A DNA stretch of 64,000 nt, taken from the NCBI GenBank assembly GCA_001662655.1, contig KV460233.1; one strand, written 5' to 3'. Under the pieces are notes generated by a model. The model was not told the origin of the DNA. It worked only from the letters and a program-made list of their open reading frames with translations, and searched no databases. Shown in pieces: positions 34,897 through 47,137 of the stretch; position 1 is the first letter of the stretch; each line of letters begins with the position of its first letter. A program made the translations under genes and the position numbers. Origin of the DNA: Pseudogymnoascus verrucosus (taxonomy: Eukaryota).

Positions 34897-36480
34897 ATGA
34901 TGGACGACCCACGCTCAAACCTAAGGATGCATGATATCGCGTCGCATTTGCCTCTGATGGGAGGTCTTGAGATTGGACTTCCACCAGAACAGCAGCCCTA
35001 TATGGAGCGAATTCCACCCTACTTCGTCAACAAAGAGCTGCCGCCTATTCCCAAGTTCGCGCCCGAACCTGTGTTATTACCACCTCCGACATTAGCACCT
35101 CCAATCCCTCCTTACAACCCATTGCGCTTCTCACGAGTCCGTTCAAATGGGTTTCCGATACGAGATACAGTGCTATCCCCGCCCCTTGGTTCCACATCGT
35201 CAGAAATCTCGCTGTCTAGAGTGCCGTCTTTGTCGCATTCGCGACATGTAAAGTCACCAAAAACACTACGACTGCTTGGCTCGCCAACCTTGAGCATCAA
35301 GACTCCTACACACGGCGAGACAGACAAGGTGCGCCAGCTGACGGGTTACGATCTCGCATCACCAGTTGAACGCCGTCACGACCGTAAACCATCTACGGAC
35401 TCTGCATCAACATCATCGAGCTGCTACAGCGACCCCGAAATCCACCTGCGCAGTGGTCGCGAAAGCCAAGGCCCTGGAGGATATATCGGCCTCCATCACT
35501 CACCCAATGTAGAGCGGCACTACACCCACAACAAAACTTACAGCGCCTCAGCCCCAGGGACCCAAAGACGCGTCTCAAAGAGGTATAGCAAAATCACCCT
35601 CGACGACCTACTTCAGCGCCAATGCGCGCGCTTCCAACACGATACCCTCTCCCCAACAAGCTCTCGCGTCCACTCTCCCAATTACTCTACAGCGCAATCT
35701 CTAAACTCCACCCCGGAAACGCCTCCCTTCTCAGACGCACCACACGCTTCTGAATTCACGCTTCCCCTTCGAATCCGCCCTTCTCAAAGCAACGAGGAAC
35801 CAGCCAGCAGATTCAGCGATGCCTCAACGCCACCTGTCTCTCCTACGACGCGTTTCTCGGCCGGTATACGCGATAGCGTGCTATCGATCGCGGCGCACGC
35901 GCCGTTTGGGCACACGCGTGCTGTGTCGCGACTCTTGGAGAGGCGGGGAGATAAGAATGCTAGCGAAGAGCTCTTCATCGCAGAGGAGAGTTCTGGGAGC
36001 GAAGATGAAGCGATGATGGGGGGGACTCTTCAGAAATTGGTGGGGAGGAAGAGAGATGCTGATTACGATGCTGGGATAGAGGGGAGCGGGAAAAGGTGGA
36101 GGGGTGGAGGGTTAATGAGGAAGATTAGTGATGCAGTGTTTCCTAGGCGCCCGATCCACAGTCCCAAGAGTGATGAGAAGAGTGGCAGTGGGTTGGGGAT
36201 TGTGATTCCGGATCATCGACGCAAGGTTGATGGACCGGATACTCCTATGCCGGCAATTGGGAATGGGAAAGGATGGGTTGAAGGTATTTTATCTAGGGAG
36301 GCGTCGATGAGGCGGCGGCAGTCTGTTCGGGGGGCTATTGGGAGGGCGGCGGAGAGTCGGTGGGTTGTGGGTGGGGATGAGAGGAGGGAGAGGAGAAGGG
36401 AGAGATTGAAAGGTCAGATTAAGGTTATTGGGTTAATGGAGGTGCAAGAAGATGAGGAGATGGCAGAGCTAAGAATCTAG
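34897..36480 (+). CDS. Hypothetical S/P-rich protein (527 aa)
   Basis: Long ORF; C-terminal ERRRERLKGQIKVIG motif typical of a conserved fungal hypothetical family. Confidence 0.75.
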   Translation: MMDDPRSNLRMHDIASHLPLMGGLEIGLPPEQQPYMERIPPYFVNKELPPIPKFAPEPVLLPPPTLAPPIPPYNPLRFSRVRSNGFPIRDTVLSPPLGSTSSEISLSRVPSLSHSRHVKSPKTLRLLGSPTLSIKTPTHGETDKVRQLTGYDLASPVERRHDRKPSTDSASTSSSCYSDPEIHLRSGRESQGPGGYIGLHHSPNVERHYTHNKTYSASAPGTQRRVSKRYSKITLDDLLQRQCARFQHDTLSPTSSRVHSPNYSTAQSLNSTPETPPFSDAPHASEFTLPLRIRPSQSNEEPASRFSDASTPPVSPTTRFSAGIRDSVLSIAAHAPFGHTRAVSRLLERRGDKNASEELFIAEESSGSEDEAMMGGTLQKLVGRKRDADYDAGIEGSGKRWRGGGLMRKISDAVFPRRPIHSPKSDEKSGSGLGIVIPDHRRKVDGPDTPMPAIGNGKGWVEGILSREASMRRRQSVRGAIGRAAESRWVVGGDERRERRRERLKGQIKVIGLMEVQEDEEMAELRI

Positions 36481-36674
36481 TGAATAAGTATAATATAATG
36501 TGGAAGGGGTAGTTAGATAGTATCAGATGTACAAAGTCCGCAACATATAGAATGATTTACGCTAATACACGTTCATAACTCATACATTCGTGGACACATT
36601 TCTCAGTCCTCGTATGACCAATAATAACACAAGTATACCCCGCCCCAACCCCGCCCAACAGCTCAATCTCCAAC

Positions 36675-37261
36675 CTACATACCGCCTTTCAGCCCAAACC
36701 TCTCCTCCACTCCCTCCACCAGCCTCCTTGCCTCCTCCAACACCTCCGTGCCACCCCCCTCTCCCGCCAACTTCCTCATCGCGTCAAAACACCTCAACAG
36801 CATCCTCGCGCGCCTCATATCCGGATCCTCATCCTCCCCATCCTCCGCCGCGAACGCGCCCCAGCTACCACTGCGCGAGCCCGACGGTCCAGCTAATGCC
36901 TTCCTCGAAGCCACAGGCGAAGCTGGTGTCCCAGCTAACGGTTTCCTCGTAGACTCCGGCGACCCCAGCGCTGCAGAAGTAGTCGAGCCCGACACGGAGC
37001 GTCGCGACGCAGCGGCTTTTGCGCGCGCGATGGCGGGCGCGTCGGGGATGGAGAGGCTGCGCGAGGCGCGGCGGTCGGTGGGGGTGGGGATGGGGGCGAG
37101 GCAGGAGATCATGTGGAGGGCTGCTGCTGGGTCCTTGGGGGCGTTAGTGGGGTAATTTTCGGGGGGGGAGGAGGGAGAAGACGGACTGCTACGAAGAGGT
37201 CGCTGAGGTCGGCGAGGACGTGGGCTGTTTGGAGGGGTTCTGGTGGGCTGGTGGTTGCCAT
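36675..37261 (-). CDS. Small fungal hypothetical protein; one intron
   Basis: MATTSPPEPLQTAHVLADLSDLFVA|DPAAALHMI...DEDPDMRRARMLL...LEEAR; GTCCGT..CTAAC..AG intron. Confidence 0.7.
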
Positions 37262-37608
37262 TGTGGGTGGTTGGCGGGTGTGTTGGAGTTGGGGTTGTTG
37301 TTCTGGTTTCGCGATCGTTGAGAAGAATGCGCGATTATGTCAAGGAGATATCAGTCGTTGAAGAATATTTCAGATTTCACAATTGCAACTCCAGTCTTTC
37401 AAGGTTACAGCGGGCGTCATGGGGAAAGAAGTGCCGTGTCCGCGCCCCGCATTCCACGTTCCTGCTTGTCATCGGAGCGGACTTCATTCCGCCGAAGCTC
37501 CATTGGCATCAATGCTCCACAGCCGAATATATAGTGTGACTGTCCCCTCTTCGCCCTACACAATCCCCAAGCCCACACCACAGGAAAAAGGCATTGAGAT
37601 AGTACAGC

Positions 37609-38459
37609 ATGTCATTAATCTTCAAGCGCGGTCTGGCGACGACCGCCCCCAAGTTGACACAGGCTGTCAACTTTGCGAAGTCCCCCAAGATCGTCTGCAT
37701 TGGCCGTAATTACGCGTGAGTCCTCCCCAACCTACCTCCTCACCCAATGGGGATTGAACCAGTCCCAATCCTCTAAGAAAGGAGCATAAGGAAACACAGC
37801 TAATAGACGTCTCCCCCAGTGCCCACGCCGCAGAACTCAACAATGCGCAACCCAAGCAGCCGTTCTTCTTCCTCAAGCCCGCCTCCTCTATGCTCCTCCC
37901 CGGCGCCGGCCCCGTGCAGCGCCCGGAGGGCGTCGATCTACACTACGAAGTCGAGCTGGCCCTTCTAATCGGACGTAATGTGAAGGATCTCGCACCCGAT
38001 GACACAAAGGGCGCTATGCACGCTATTGAGGGCTACGCGGTGAGCATCGACATGACTGCACGCAACATGCAAGACGAGGCGAAGTCGAAGGGCCTGCCGT
38101 GGAGCATCGCGAAGGGCTTCGATACTTTCCTACCCCTGTCTAATACGATTCCGAAGGGGGCTATTGCGGATCCGCATGCGGCGGAGGTGTGGTTGAGCGT
38201 TAATGGGGAGGAGAAGCAGAAGGATAGTACGGGGCTGATGGTGTTCAGGATCCCAAGGATCTTGAGCGATATTAGCAAGGTGATGACGTTGAGGAGGGGG
38301 GATATCGTGTTGACCGGCACGCCGAAGGGTGTTGGTAGTGTGAAGCCAGGAGATGTGATGACTGCGGGAATTAGGTACGGCGGGGTAGAGATTGAGGAGG
38401 GGAGAATTGAGGTTAAGGTCGAGGAGGCGAAGGGGTCGTTTACCTACGGAGAGACTTAA
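37609..38459 (+). CDS. FAHD1: FAHD1/Fmp41-type FAH-family hydrolase (acylpyruvase/oxaloacetate tautomerase), probably mitochondrial; one intron
   Basis: KIVCIGRNYA|AHAAELNN..PFFFLKP, HYEVEL, DMTARNMQ, KGLPWSIAKGFDTF and GDIVLTGTPKGVG; N-terminus MSLIFKRGLATT resembles a presequence. Confidence 0.93.
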
Positions 38460-38689
38460 GAGATGATTAGTGAAAGACATGGCGAGGAGTAACTGTATTA
38501 CATATATATCACTGTTATAGAATAGCGAGCAATATTAAAAACAGCCCTACTTTTGGCATTGTATATACAAACTTCATTGGTAACAAATATGTAATGTAAG
38601 CAAAGAATATATACCATCGAAACAGCCAGCAGCTACACAGAGAGGTAGCAGCCAACGGTCACAGCCCGCACTACCATCTCAGTGTCCCC

Positions 38690-39528
38690 TCAGACGTTCA
38701 ATGCAACGCTGTACCCGCTAGTCTTCATGACCGCGTTGGTGCCGACGAACGGCTCCGTGCCAGCGCCAATGCTAGTAACGTACTGGCTAGAGCTGAAGCC
38801 CTGGCTCGCCACGAGGTACGTATAAAACGCCTTGAGATCACCACTGAAGCTGGTAATCTGGCTAGCCGCCACGAAGGAGTACACCTTCATGTTTCCATTA
38901 AGTCCGTACCACAGGTTCCACTTGTAGCCGGCAACGGTGACCGACGCGATGGGAGAGCCGGTGGCGGAGATGGGGCCTGCGCCGCCGAGGGCCGCGAGCC
39001 AGATCATGAGCTCATAGTCGCTGGAGCCGTCGCTGTTTCCGCCGGCGCTGCTGGACGTGAAGAGGTCGTAGGCGACGTTGGCGACCATGCCAGTGCCAGT
39101 GTAGCTGTTTCCGTGTCAGGGCCTGCGCCGCAAAAGTTGAAATGTAGGATGAAAGAAAAGAGAACTTACGTGTACGTCCACTTCGATGGGATCGACTTAA
39201 TGGCAGACACCTTTTTCCCGGTGTCCTGCTTAAGAACCACATTCGCGTAGCTCTTAACATTGTAGGGTCCGCCCTGCCACGTCCACTTGGTGGACCAGGC
39301 AATGGTGGTCCCGCTCAGCGACTCGTAGGTGCTGCACTGGCTGCCAGAGGTGGCAGCAGACATGCCCCATAGGTCCTGGTACAGCGTGTAGGTGCCAGTC
39401 TGGATGGAGTCCCATTGGCCGCAGATCTCGGTGGCACGCTCGTTGATGGTCTTGGAGGGCGCTGGGACTGAGGCGGGGATGGCAGAGGCGGCCGCGAGGG
39501 CGGGGGCGAGGAGAGCGAGGAGCTTCAT
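38690..39528 (-). CDS. Secreted GH12 endo-beta-1,4-glucanase / xyloglucanase; one intron ~39106-39168
   Basis: Signal peptide; [18 protein letters not shown] and NVAYDLFT; catalytic YELMIW and GTEPF. Confidence 0.95.
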
Positions 39529-40543
39529 GTTGTAAAGTTGCGGGTTTGGAATGGTGGAGAGAAAGGCTGGTGGTGAGATGGGAGAGAGAGAGAGCTCATC
39601 GACGGCGAGGGGGGGTCCTTATTATAAGCTCTCCGGACTCACTGTGCAGAGCACAGAGCACAAGACTTCCAGCCCAACACTCCATCAGACGACCGGCCCT
39701 TTCCCCAGCTCACCCATAACAACGTGTTTTTAATATAAACGCATCATTTACCACAACCCTGTTGTGGGGTAAAGGCCTCCTCTCCCCAGCATCTATAGTA
39801 GACCGCCATCATCAAGTCCCCAAAGTTTCAATCCCTCAAATTCCACCAATGGCGCGCGGCGAGGACTTAATATAAGTGAGGCAAATCACCACGGAACATC
39901 CCCGATCCACGAAACAAGCTTAAGGTTCCTGTGCCGGGGCTTGGTATTAGCCTGCCGATCGTGGGGATGCGAAGTGCCGTGCCGCCTCCACCGGTCGTCG
40001 TGCGTCAAGGTCCGGCGGGGGCGGGGGACTGCAGAATTATTCCAGTTTGGTTTATGGTTGTTCCATGGCTATACCAGGCTTGGATATGTCGTCCGCGGTT
40101 GAATGGAGAGAGGGCGAGCGCGCCATAAGGTGTAGAATAGCATTGTGGAATATATGGAGGGGTAGTTTAGGCGAAACGGCGCGTGCCGATGCTGGCGGCG
40201 CTTTGGACGCCGCTGATAGAGCAACGCACCTATCTTAAAATATGGTTTCGTTTCCAGGGAGAATGCCAAAGCCCAAGGAAATCAGCTACGAAAGCTTGTT
40301 CCTGCATTGGCTATCTGTAAAATACTATGTAATATCACGTGCCCGTACGGCAACTCTCAAGGTTGACTTACAAGATGATAGGCACTGCTACTGTTCTTAG
40401 CACAGCCTCGAGCCCCACTTTGAGATCCTTCTACTTCTCCAACCTCTTTCAATTGTTTACAATATAGCTTTTGCCTTTGTCCATTCATAGGACACATCTC
40501 GGAATTTGTGGCTTTTTTAAGGTACCAGAATTTAATTGCTATT

Positions 40544-42129
40544 ATGTCACAAATTGAGACCGAGGCACCACCTGCCTACAGTCCGTATAGGGGGGATGAT
40601 ACCGCAGGTCAGGCAGGAGGAGTCTCAGATATTAGCAATCTTACGGATTCTATAGGTGAGTGAGATTATTTTGCTTGGAATGATTTCAACGTTCTACTTT
40701 GCAGCTTTCTTTGTCCATTTAGCCCATTCCATCCCCTGACATTTTTTCAGATACAACAATTACCCTTGCTCGTGATACATATAGATCATGTATCAAGTAC
40801 ATAGAGGCCTTCGACCTAGTAGCTCACGATGTTGTTGCCCTCTTCGCCCTTCTAGAGGTTATAGGGGAGAGCGTGGAAGATCATGGTGTAAACCACGCAA
40901 TGGTCGAATCCGCGACGAAACTCCTATCAGCATCTAAGGACTCTGTGTCAAATCTACAGACTTTGGTGACGAAGTATGAAGACCTCCCTGTGGAAAGCCA
41001 GAGGGTATGGTTGCGCATTATGGGAGGAGCAGAAGAGCTAGTTGGTCTTCGAGGTCAGCTTAGGAAAAACATTGATTCATCCAGTGCTCTGAATAAGAAC
41101 ATTACTAGGTAAGTGCATTGGTTGATTTATGTCGATAGAAGCTTCAAGAGGGTGGCATGGAAATCACTCCTATTCTTTCATTTGCTAATCTATATTTTAA
41201 GCTCGTCACCAAAAGGTGTTCTAGAAATGGTCCAGAAATTCATGTCAGAGATTAGAACGGGCCAAAGGAAAGAGTCTATTGTGTCTAGATCCACATCATT
41301 AAACGTAGAAGATGCCACCACGAGGATCCAGATACAACAAGAGCTTGAAGACGTCGGAATCACCTCGCTACTCTTCAACCAATTCCACGTGTTGATATTA
41401 CAAACCCTTATTACCGAAAGGGACCTACCACAACAAGCAGTCGCCAAAGCACCCCCTAAAGAGTCTCGTGTCACCAAGGCCCTCCAGAATCTCAAAATCA
41501 ACCGCGATCCATCTGGAAAGTCTCACTCCCCTGGCCCTTCAAATCCACCAACGGCAGGAACTGAAAAGAGCAGTCCCTCTGGTCCTTCAAAGACACCAAC
41601 ACCAGTCACTACACAGAGCGGCACACCCCCGGGGACAATGAATGACCTAATCACAGCCATCTCCCACGACGACCTCTCCCTCGTTGAACAATTCCTCGAC
41701 CGCGGCTTCGACATCAACAGCCGCGACGAGAGTGGCCGTACCCCCCTAATGGTCGCAGTCGGCTACAACAAAGTCGACATCGCCGAGCTCCTCCTCCTTC
41801 GCGGGATCGATGTCAACGCCAAGACCTTCCACAGCGAAGAAACAGCGTTAATATCCGCCTGCGCGTCCGGGCGCGATAAGATAATAATGTTGATTCTAGA
41901 GCTTGGGAAGCCGGCTCTGGATCTGGATGCGAGGGATAGGAATGGGCGCACTGCCTTGATGAGGGCGAGTGCGCAGGGCTATGATCGGGAGGTCAAATTA
42001 TTGGTGAAAGCGGGGGCGGATCTGGAAGCAAAGGATAAGAATGGTAGGACTGCATTAAATGAGGCTTCGCGATTCGGTCACGACCAGAATGCTCGCCTTT
42101 TAATTAAGCTTGGAGCGAAGAGGTGGTAA
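40544..42129 (+). CDS. Ankyrin-repeat protein with an N-terminal helical (SesA/HeLo-like) domain; exons ~40544-40655, 40751-41108, 41202-42129
   Basis: About five ANK repeats (GRTPLMVAV, EETALISAC, GRTALMRAS, GRTALNEAS). The N-terminus has an LQTLVTKY..W.RI..LRGQL helical bundle and a QELEDVGIT motif. Confidence 0.82.
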
Positions 42130-42329
42130 GGAAGATAAAATACCGTCATATGTTTTTTTAATTAGACTTGGAGATATTTCGAGTTGTTTTTGCTCACATC
42201 ACCGTTCTTCCCACCTTGGAAATAGAGAGATGTTTCAAGATATATTCCTCACGATGAAGTCCCAATGGTGACATTCTCATCTCATCGACATCACTGTCCT
42301 CCCCGCCTTTAAAATGTAGGCACAGGAAT

Positions 42330-42901
42330 CTACCTCACAGTCCTCTTAACCACAAACTCCTTCTCTCCCTCCACCACCGGAATATCCTCCGTCTCCACCT
42401 TAACAACCACTGCGTTTGGCGGACCAGTCTTAATCTCCTTCACCATCTTCTGCAGTTGCTCCTCGTTGCCCTGGGCCTCGCCTTCGATCTATTGATTCGT
42501 GAGTATGTTGCCATGCTTGAATCTTATGCGAGAAGCATCATAAATGATAAAACTAGGACAGATGTAGATAGAGTAGAAGAACATACCTTTTCACCGGCGA
42601 TATTCTGGATCCAGCCCGTGACTCCGAACTCCTGGGCCCGCGTCTGGGTGTGCTTGCTGTGGTGGCATCAGTGGCTGTTCACTTGACTAGACACAGTGGA
42701 GCTAGCTACCGGAAGAATACACCTGGGGAGTTTTAGAATACGTATTTCGCGTACTTGACGGCAATAACTCACCTTGGACTATCCCTCCATGGATTCTAAA
42801 GGATATCTGGTGGGGGGGTGAAACGCATCAGCCTCGCTATCGAACGACGATCGAATGAGCTCGACCAAATCGTGATAGAACGTGCATACCCTTTTATTCA
42901 T
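42330..42901 (-). CDS. Acylphosphatase; 5 small exons, absent from the ORF track
   Basis: Spliced: MNKR|ISFRIHGGIVQ|GVFFR|KHTQTRAQEFGVTGWIQNIAGEK|IEGEAQG...TGPPNAVV...FVVKRTVR*. It carries the VQGVFFR and GW.QN signatures. Confidence 0.92.
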
Positions 42902-43265
42902 CTTGGAAGCTCCTCAAATCTGTACTTATCACTCCGAGACTTCAAATAAACCAGTGCTGTCGTCTGTTCACGTATCAACTCACTTGACAAGTAATCAACA
43001 AACCCAAAGCTCTCCCCACTCCGTCATACCCCGATAAAGCATCCGATAAACCCACACCACCACCACCACAATCTTAGCGCCCACCAGCCTCGCCCTAGCT
43101 TCCCTCCCTAGCGCCCGCCCCCAGATTCCACATACATCATCATCCAGGCCGTTCTTTTCCATCCCATCGCATCACATCTTCCCATCACCTCCACCACATC
43201 CGCCTCTTTATATTCACCTCCACCTCCACCTCCACCTCCCCCATTCTCCCCCCACCAAATCGAAG

Positions 43266-44416
43266 ATGGACAACCCCACGGAACCAGATCAACCTCCCTT
43301 ATTCCGCCCCTCCAAAAAGCGCAAAATCTACCGCCAGCGCGCTACCTCCCCGCCGACGACGATTGAAAACCTAGCGACTGAAGATACGACCACCTCCCTC
43401 TCCGCTGCAGTACCGCCACAACCACTCACTAGCGGCGCCGCTGCCGACGATGAAGACACCGCCCCCTCCACAGCAGCGATCCGCCGCCTCCTCGCCTCCC
43501 GCAGACAGCGGGGCGGGGGCGTCGAGTTCCGCGCCTCTAATCCCCGCGGCACCGACGACGCCGAAGATGTGGATGGTGAGAATGCCATAGTCGTAGTGCG
43601 GCGAGAATCGCATGACGACGGACATGCCGAGGAAGGCGGGTTAGCGATGGGAGGGAAGCGCTTCGTGACGCAGACGGGAATGAGTGCTGAGGGTGTTGAT
43701 AGGCATATGTACGTCCCCCCCCCCCCCACTTTCTGTGGTAGTTGTATGAATGAGATGAGTGAGGCAGAGACTGATGACACAGGATGGCATATATAGATTC
43801 TGAACTCGCGAAACGCCATCATCATCAGCCTACCAGCACATCAACATCCACCCACGCCACCACCACCACCGCAGCGGAAGATAGCGCCGCAGCAGCATCA
43901 TCGCAATCGCAACGCCAGCGCCAACCTTCTCCACCGTATCAGACAGCTTCGAGAGGGAAGTTAATGGAAATCGAACTCCCCCCCTCCTCTTCCACCACCG
44001 CTCCTCCCGTGGCGAAAGCAATCCGCAAACCCCGACTCGGGCGCGATGGAAAACCGATAAGGGGGAAGAAGAGGAGGACTGAAGAGGATATTCGGCGCGA
44101 CGCCCTGGTGGAAGCGGTGATGCAGGAGAATAGTCTTGGGATCTACGAGTCACCCGCTCCTCCTACGACTAGTGGTGCGGGGGGTGATGGGGAGGGGGAT
44201 GAAGAGATAGCGGAGCGGTTTAGGAGGGAGTTTTTGGAGGGGGTGGAGGAGAGGAGGAGGGGAGGGGGTGGAGGAGGAGGGGGACAGGCGAAGAAGGTGG
44301 TTGGGAAGGGGGGGAAGGAGGAGGAGGGGTTGAAGGGGCCGAAGTTGGGGGGGAGTAGGAGTGCGAGGGCGGGGGTGAGGGAGGCGCTTTTGAAGGCTGA
44401 GAGGGGGAAGAGGTAG
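43266..44416 (+). CDS. Tls1/C9orf78 (Hep_59/HCA59-domain) splicing-associated protein; one intron
   Basis: FRPSKKRK, RFVTQTG..VDRHM|MAYIDSEL, GKLMEIEL, RLGRDGKP..RRTEEDIRRD.LVE and KGPKLGGSRSARA. Confidence 0.78.
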
Positions 44417-45358
44417 GGGGGTGAGAAAGGGGGGGTTGGATGATTGTGGTGTGGTGTGGTGTACCGCATTGCTGTACTGTTACAGAAGGAAGTAAGAGGT
44501 TGTATACTACACCGGTAGACAGGTAAAGATAGTCTCAGTGTTATCTTCATCTAACTAACATGAGTATTCACGCAACCACCACAAACCACATCCACGCTCG
44601 CTATCCGTTCGGGATTTCTCCGTACCAACCTTCCGTCTATAAAAAAAACAATCGCAACGACCATTTTCGAATTCCATCCCAATTTCACCTCCTCTGTAAT
44701 GAACCAGGCAAAGAAAAGTCCATGTCGAAAACGTTGGGGTGTGCGCCGTAGGTGGGTGTTGCGTGTCGTGGTAGAGATGGACCTGCTGCTGTCATCCTCC
44801 GCGCACCTTCTCGTCGCCGCTGATGTCTGCTGTCACCGCCGGAATCTGCCCACCACCCTTACGGAGGACGCGAGGAGTGACATACAGATTGTATCGCAGG
44901 ACCGTGTATTCGCAGCAAGACGTATCTTTCGCTGTCTTGTCCATCTGCCGAACCACGGAGAACTGGTCGAACGAATTTGGCGTTGTCCTGGCTAAATCAG
45001 TATTTCCAGAGAAACCCAGTTATATATAACCTAAATGATGCCACGAGAGAGAGCGAGAATGTAATCAAGCATTGATTGAAGTGGCAATATGTAAGGCGAT
45101 CTAACTAGCTAGGTAGCAATCTTGGGTATCGTCGAAAATAGAAGTCTGGCTCCTCCGTTTGTGTGTGTGTATGTTGGCTCGTATATGTACATCCCCCCCC
45201 ATCCATCTCCATCAGCATCCCATCTCATCTCATCACCTCTTTCGATCCACAGAAGAAAGTGTGAGAGAGAGAGCACGGGACCATGCCGGCTCATCTACCC
45301 CCACCTCTTCCTCCTCTTCAACATTTGTAAAATTCAACCACATATCCACATATAAACA

Positions 45359-47137
45359 TCATCCCCTAATCTCCCCCCCCAACTCCCCCCTAACCCTCCC
45401 AACCCACTCCCAAACCGCACCCTCAAACCCCCTCCAAGCGCCCTCCTCCGTCCCCGCCACTACCCCCCTAACATCAACCGTAAGATTGACCTCCCACCTC
45501 AACTCGGCGGCTTTAATCCAGAACCTCAAATTCTCCGCACACCGATACGGTTTCGCCGTGTCCGAATGCCACACGGGGATCGCTCCAAACGGGCGCTTCG
45601 AGCGTGATACAACCGCATTATGTAATTCCACCAACACCTTTCCCGTTCTCAGCTCCTCCCAGAAAGGTCCTAATTTCACCTCTCCCCCTCCCTCTCCCGG
45701 AAACTCCGACGGCGCGAAATCCGGCAAGATCACAGCAGGTGCCATGGCGCGCAAGAAAGCAATCTCCCTCACAACATCCAACTTCCCCTCCCCCGCCCAC
45801 AACCGATCATCCAACCACGTCCACGCCCTCCTCTCCTCCATCTCCTCGCGCTCAATCGCCTCCTCCCTAGCGAGCATATCCCACACCCCCTCCACCCAAT
45901 CTCTCATCGTCCGCGCCTCCTCATCTCGCAGACCATGCGCGAAATTCCTCGTCGCCATGCGCCGGAGTACGTCCATTACGCCTAGCAAGTCAGCGCGGAT
46001 ACGGCGCTCCGAGCGGATGGAGGAGAGGCGACTGGGGTGTGCGTGGGAGGTGTAGTAGCGGCGCGCGGCGCGGATGGCGAGGGTGAGGATGTCGAGGATG
46101 TGGAGGCCTTGGAGCTCGTGCCAGCCTTGGTTTGGGTCTGGGTCGCGGGTTGTGGGGGTTGTTGGGTCGGCGGGGTTAGAGTTTGAAGGGTTGGAGGTTG
46201 GGGCGGGGGTGGTGATGAGGAGGGCTGTTGCGTCTGATTCGGAGCGCCGACGGGATCCCGAGAGGGAAAGGGAGGAGGGTGTGCGAAGGTGGGGGATTTT
46301 TTTGGCGGGGGTGGTGCCGGAGGGGGACGGGGGGGATGTGGCTTCGGCCAAGGCTTGCGTGGCGGCGCGGAGGGAGGATTCGAGGTCTGATTTCAGCTCG
46401 GCGAGGGTGGGGGGGCGGGGGACGGGTTTGGTGCGGTGGTTGTAGGTTGAGACAGTGGGGGGTAGCATCTCGGCATGCGAGGCGTCGGAGTCGTATTCCG
46501 ACTCGTAGTCGTAGGAGTCTGGCTCGGCGGAGATGGGGCCGCCGGGGGAGCCGAGACCGCTGTGTCTGCGGCGGGGTGTAAGGTCGGGACTGCTGCGCAT
46601 GGAGGAGTAGGAGTCGTCCTTGTCGGAGTGGTGGCTTGTTCTTCGGCCGGGGGAGAGGAGGCCGCCTTCGAGAGAGGAGAGGTCCAGGCCGTTGGGGTCT
46701 TTCTTTTTGGCTAGCTGGCCGCCTTTGCCGTCGAGGAGGCCGGTGCGCGCGAAGTAGTATTGCAGATGTGCTATGCTGCCGAGGTTCATGACGCTCTCGC
46801 GCGACTGGGCGGAGGCGGCGAAGTTGGTGCCCTGGGGGCGCACGTAACCCCGCCGTTTGGGGCGCTCGAGACCGCCCATGGATTGGCGGGAGGTGTAGGA
46901 GGCGGAGGAGGAGCGGGAGGGGTAGATGGGCATGGATTTCCGCGAGGAGTCGGTGGTAGTTGGAGAGGGGCCGACAGAGGCGGAGCGCGTGGAGGAGGTG
47001 GTGGAGGTGGAGGGGGTTGAGTTGTAGTTGTGTGAGGGGGGGGAGAAGGATGAAGCGCCGGTTGGGGAGAGCAGCGGTGAGGGCGAGGAGGAGAGGAGGG
47101 AGACATCTCCGCTGGGATCGGTTTCCTTTGTCGCCAT
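45359..47137 (-). CDS. Conserved fungal protein with a C-terminal calponin-homology-like domain
   Basis: 592-aa ORF; conserved-looking blocks LGSIAHLQYYFARTGLLDG and LRTGKVLVELHNAVV..SKRPFG..PYRCAENLRFWIKAAELRW. Confidence 0.78.
   Translation of the reverse strand: MATKETDPSGDVSLLSSSPSPLLSPTGASSFSPPSHNYNSTPSTSTTSSTRSASVGPSPTTTDSSRKSMPIYPSRSSSASYTSRQSMGGLERPKRRGYVRPQGTNFAASAQSRESVMNLGSIAHLQYYFARTGLLDGKGGQLAKKKDPNGLDLSSLEGGLLSPGRRTSHHSDKDDSYSSMRSSPDLTPRRRHSGLGSPGGPISAEPDSYDYESEYDSDASHAEMLPPTVSTYNHRTKPVPRPPTLAELKSDLESSLRAATQALAEATSPPSPSGTTPAKKIPHLRTPSSLSLSGSRRRSESDATALLITTPAPTSNPSNSNPADPTTPTTRDPDPNQGWHELQGLHILDILTLAIRAARRYYTSHAHPSRLSSIRSERRIRADLLGVMDVLRRMATRNFAHGLRDEEARTMRDWVEGVWDMLAREEAIEREEMEERRAWTWLDDRLWAGEGKLDVVREIAFLRAMAPAVILPDFAPSEFPGEGGGEVKLGPFWEELRTGKVLVELHNAVVSRSKRPFGAIPVWHSDTAKPYRCAENLRFWIKAAELRWEVNLTVDVRGVVAGTEEGAWRGFEGAVWEWVGRVRGELGGEIRG

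Noticed and set aside
37609..38459. Second FAH-family gene as a duplicate of the gene at 1-519
   Set aside because: Different subfamilies (GRNY FAHD1 type versus GLNY FAHD2 type), 37 kb apart; co-occurrence is probably coincidental.
39760..40320. XlnR (GGCTAA) and CreA (SYGGRG) sites upstream of GH12
   Set aside because: Plausible, but hexamers this short occur by chance and cannot be supported without conservation data.
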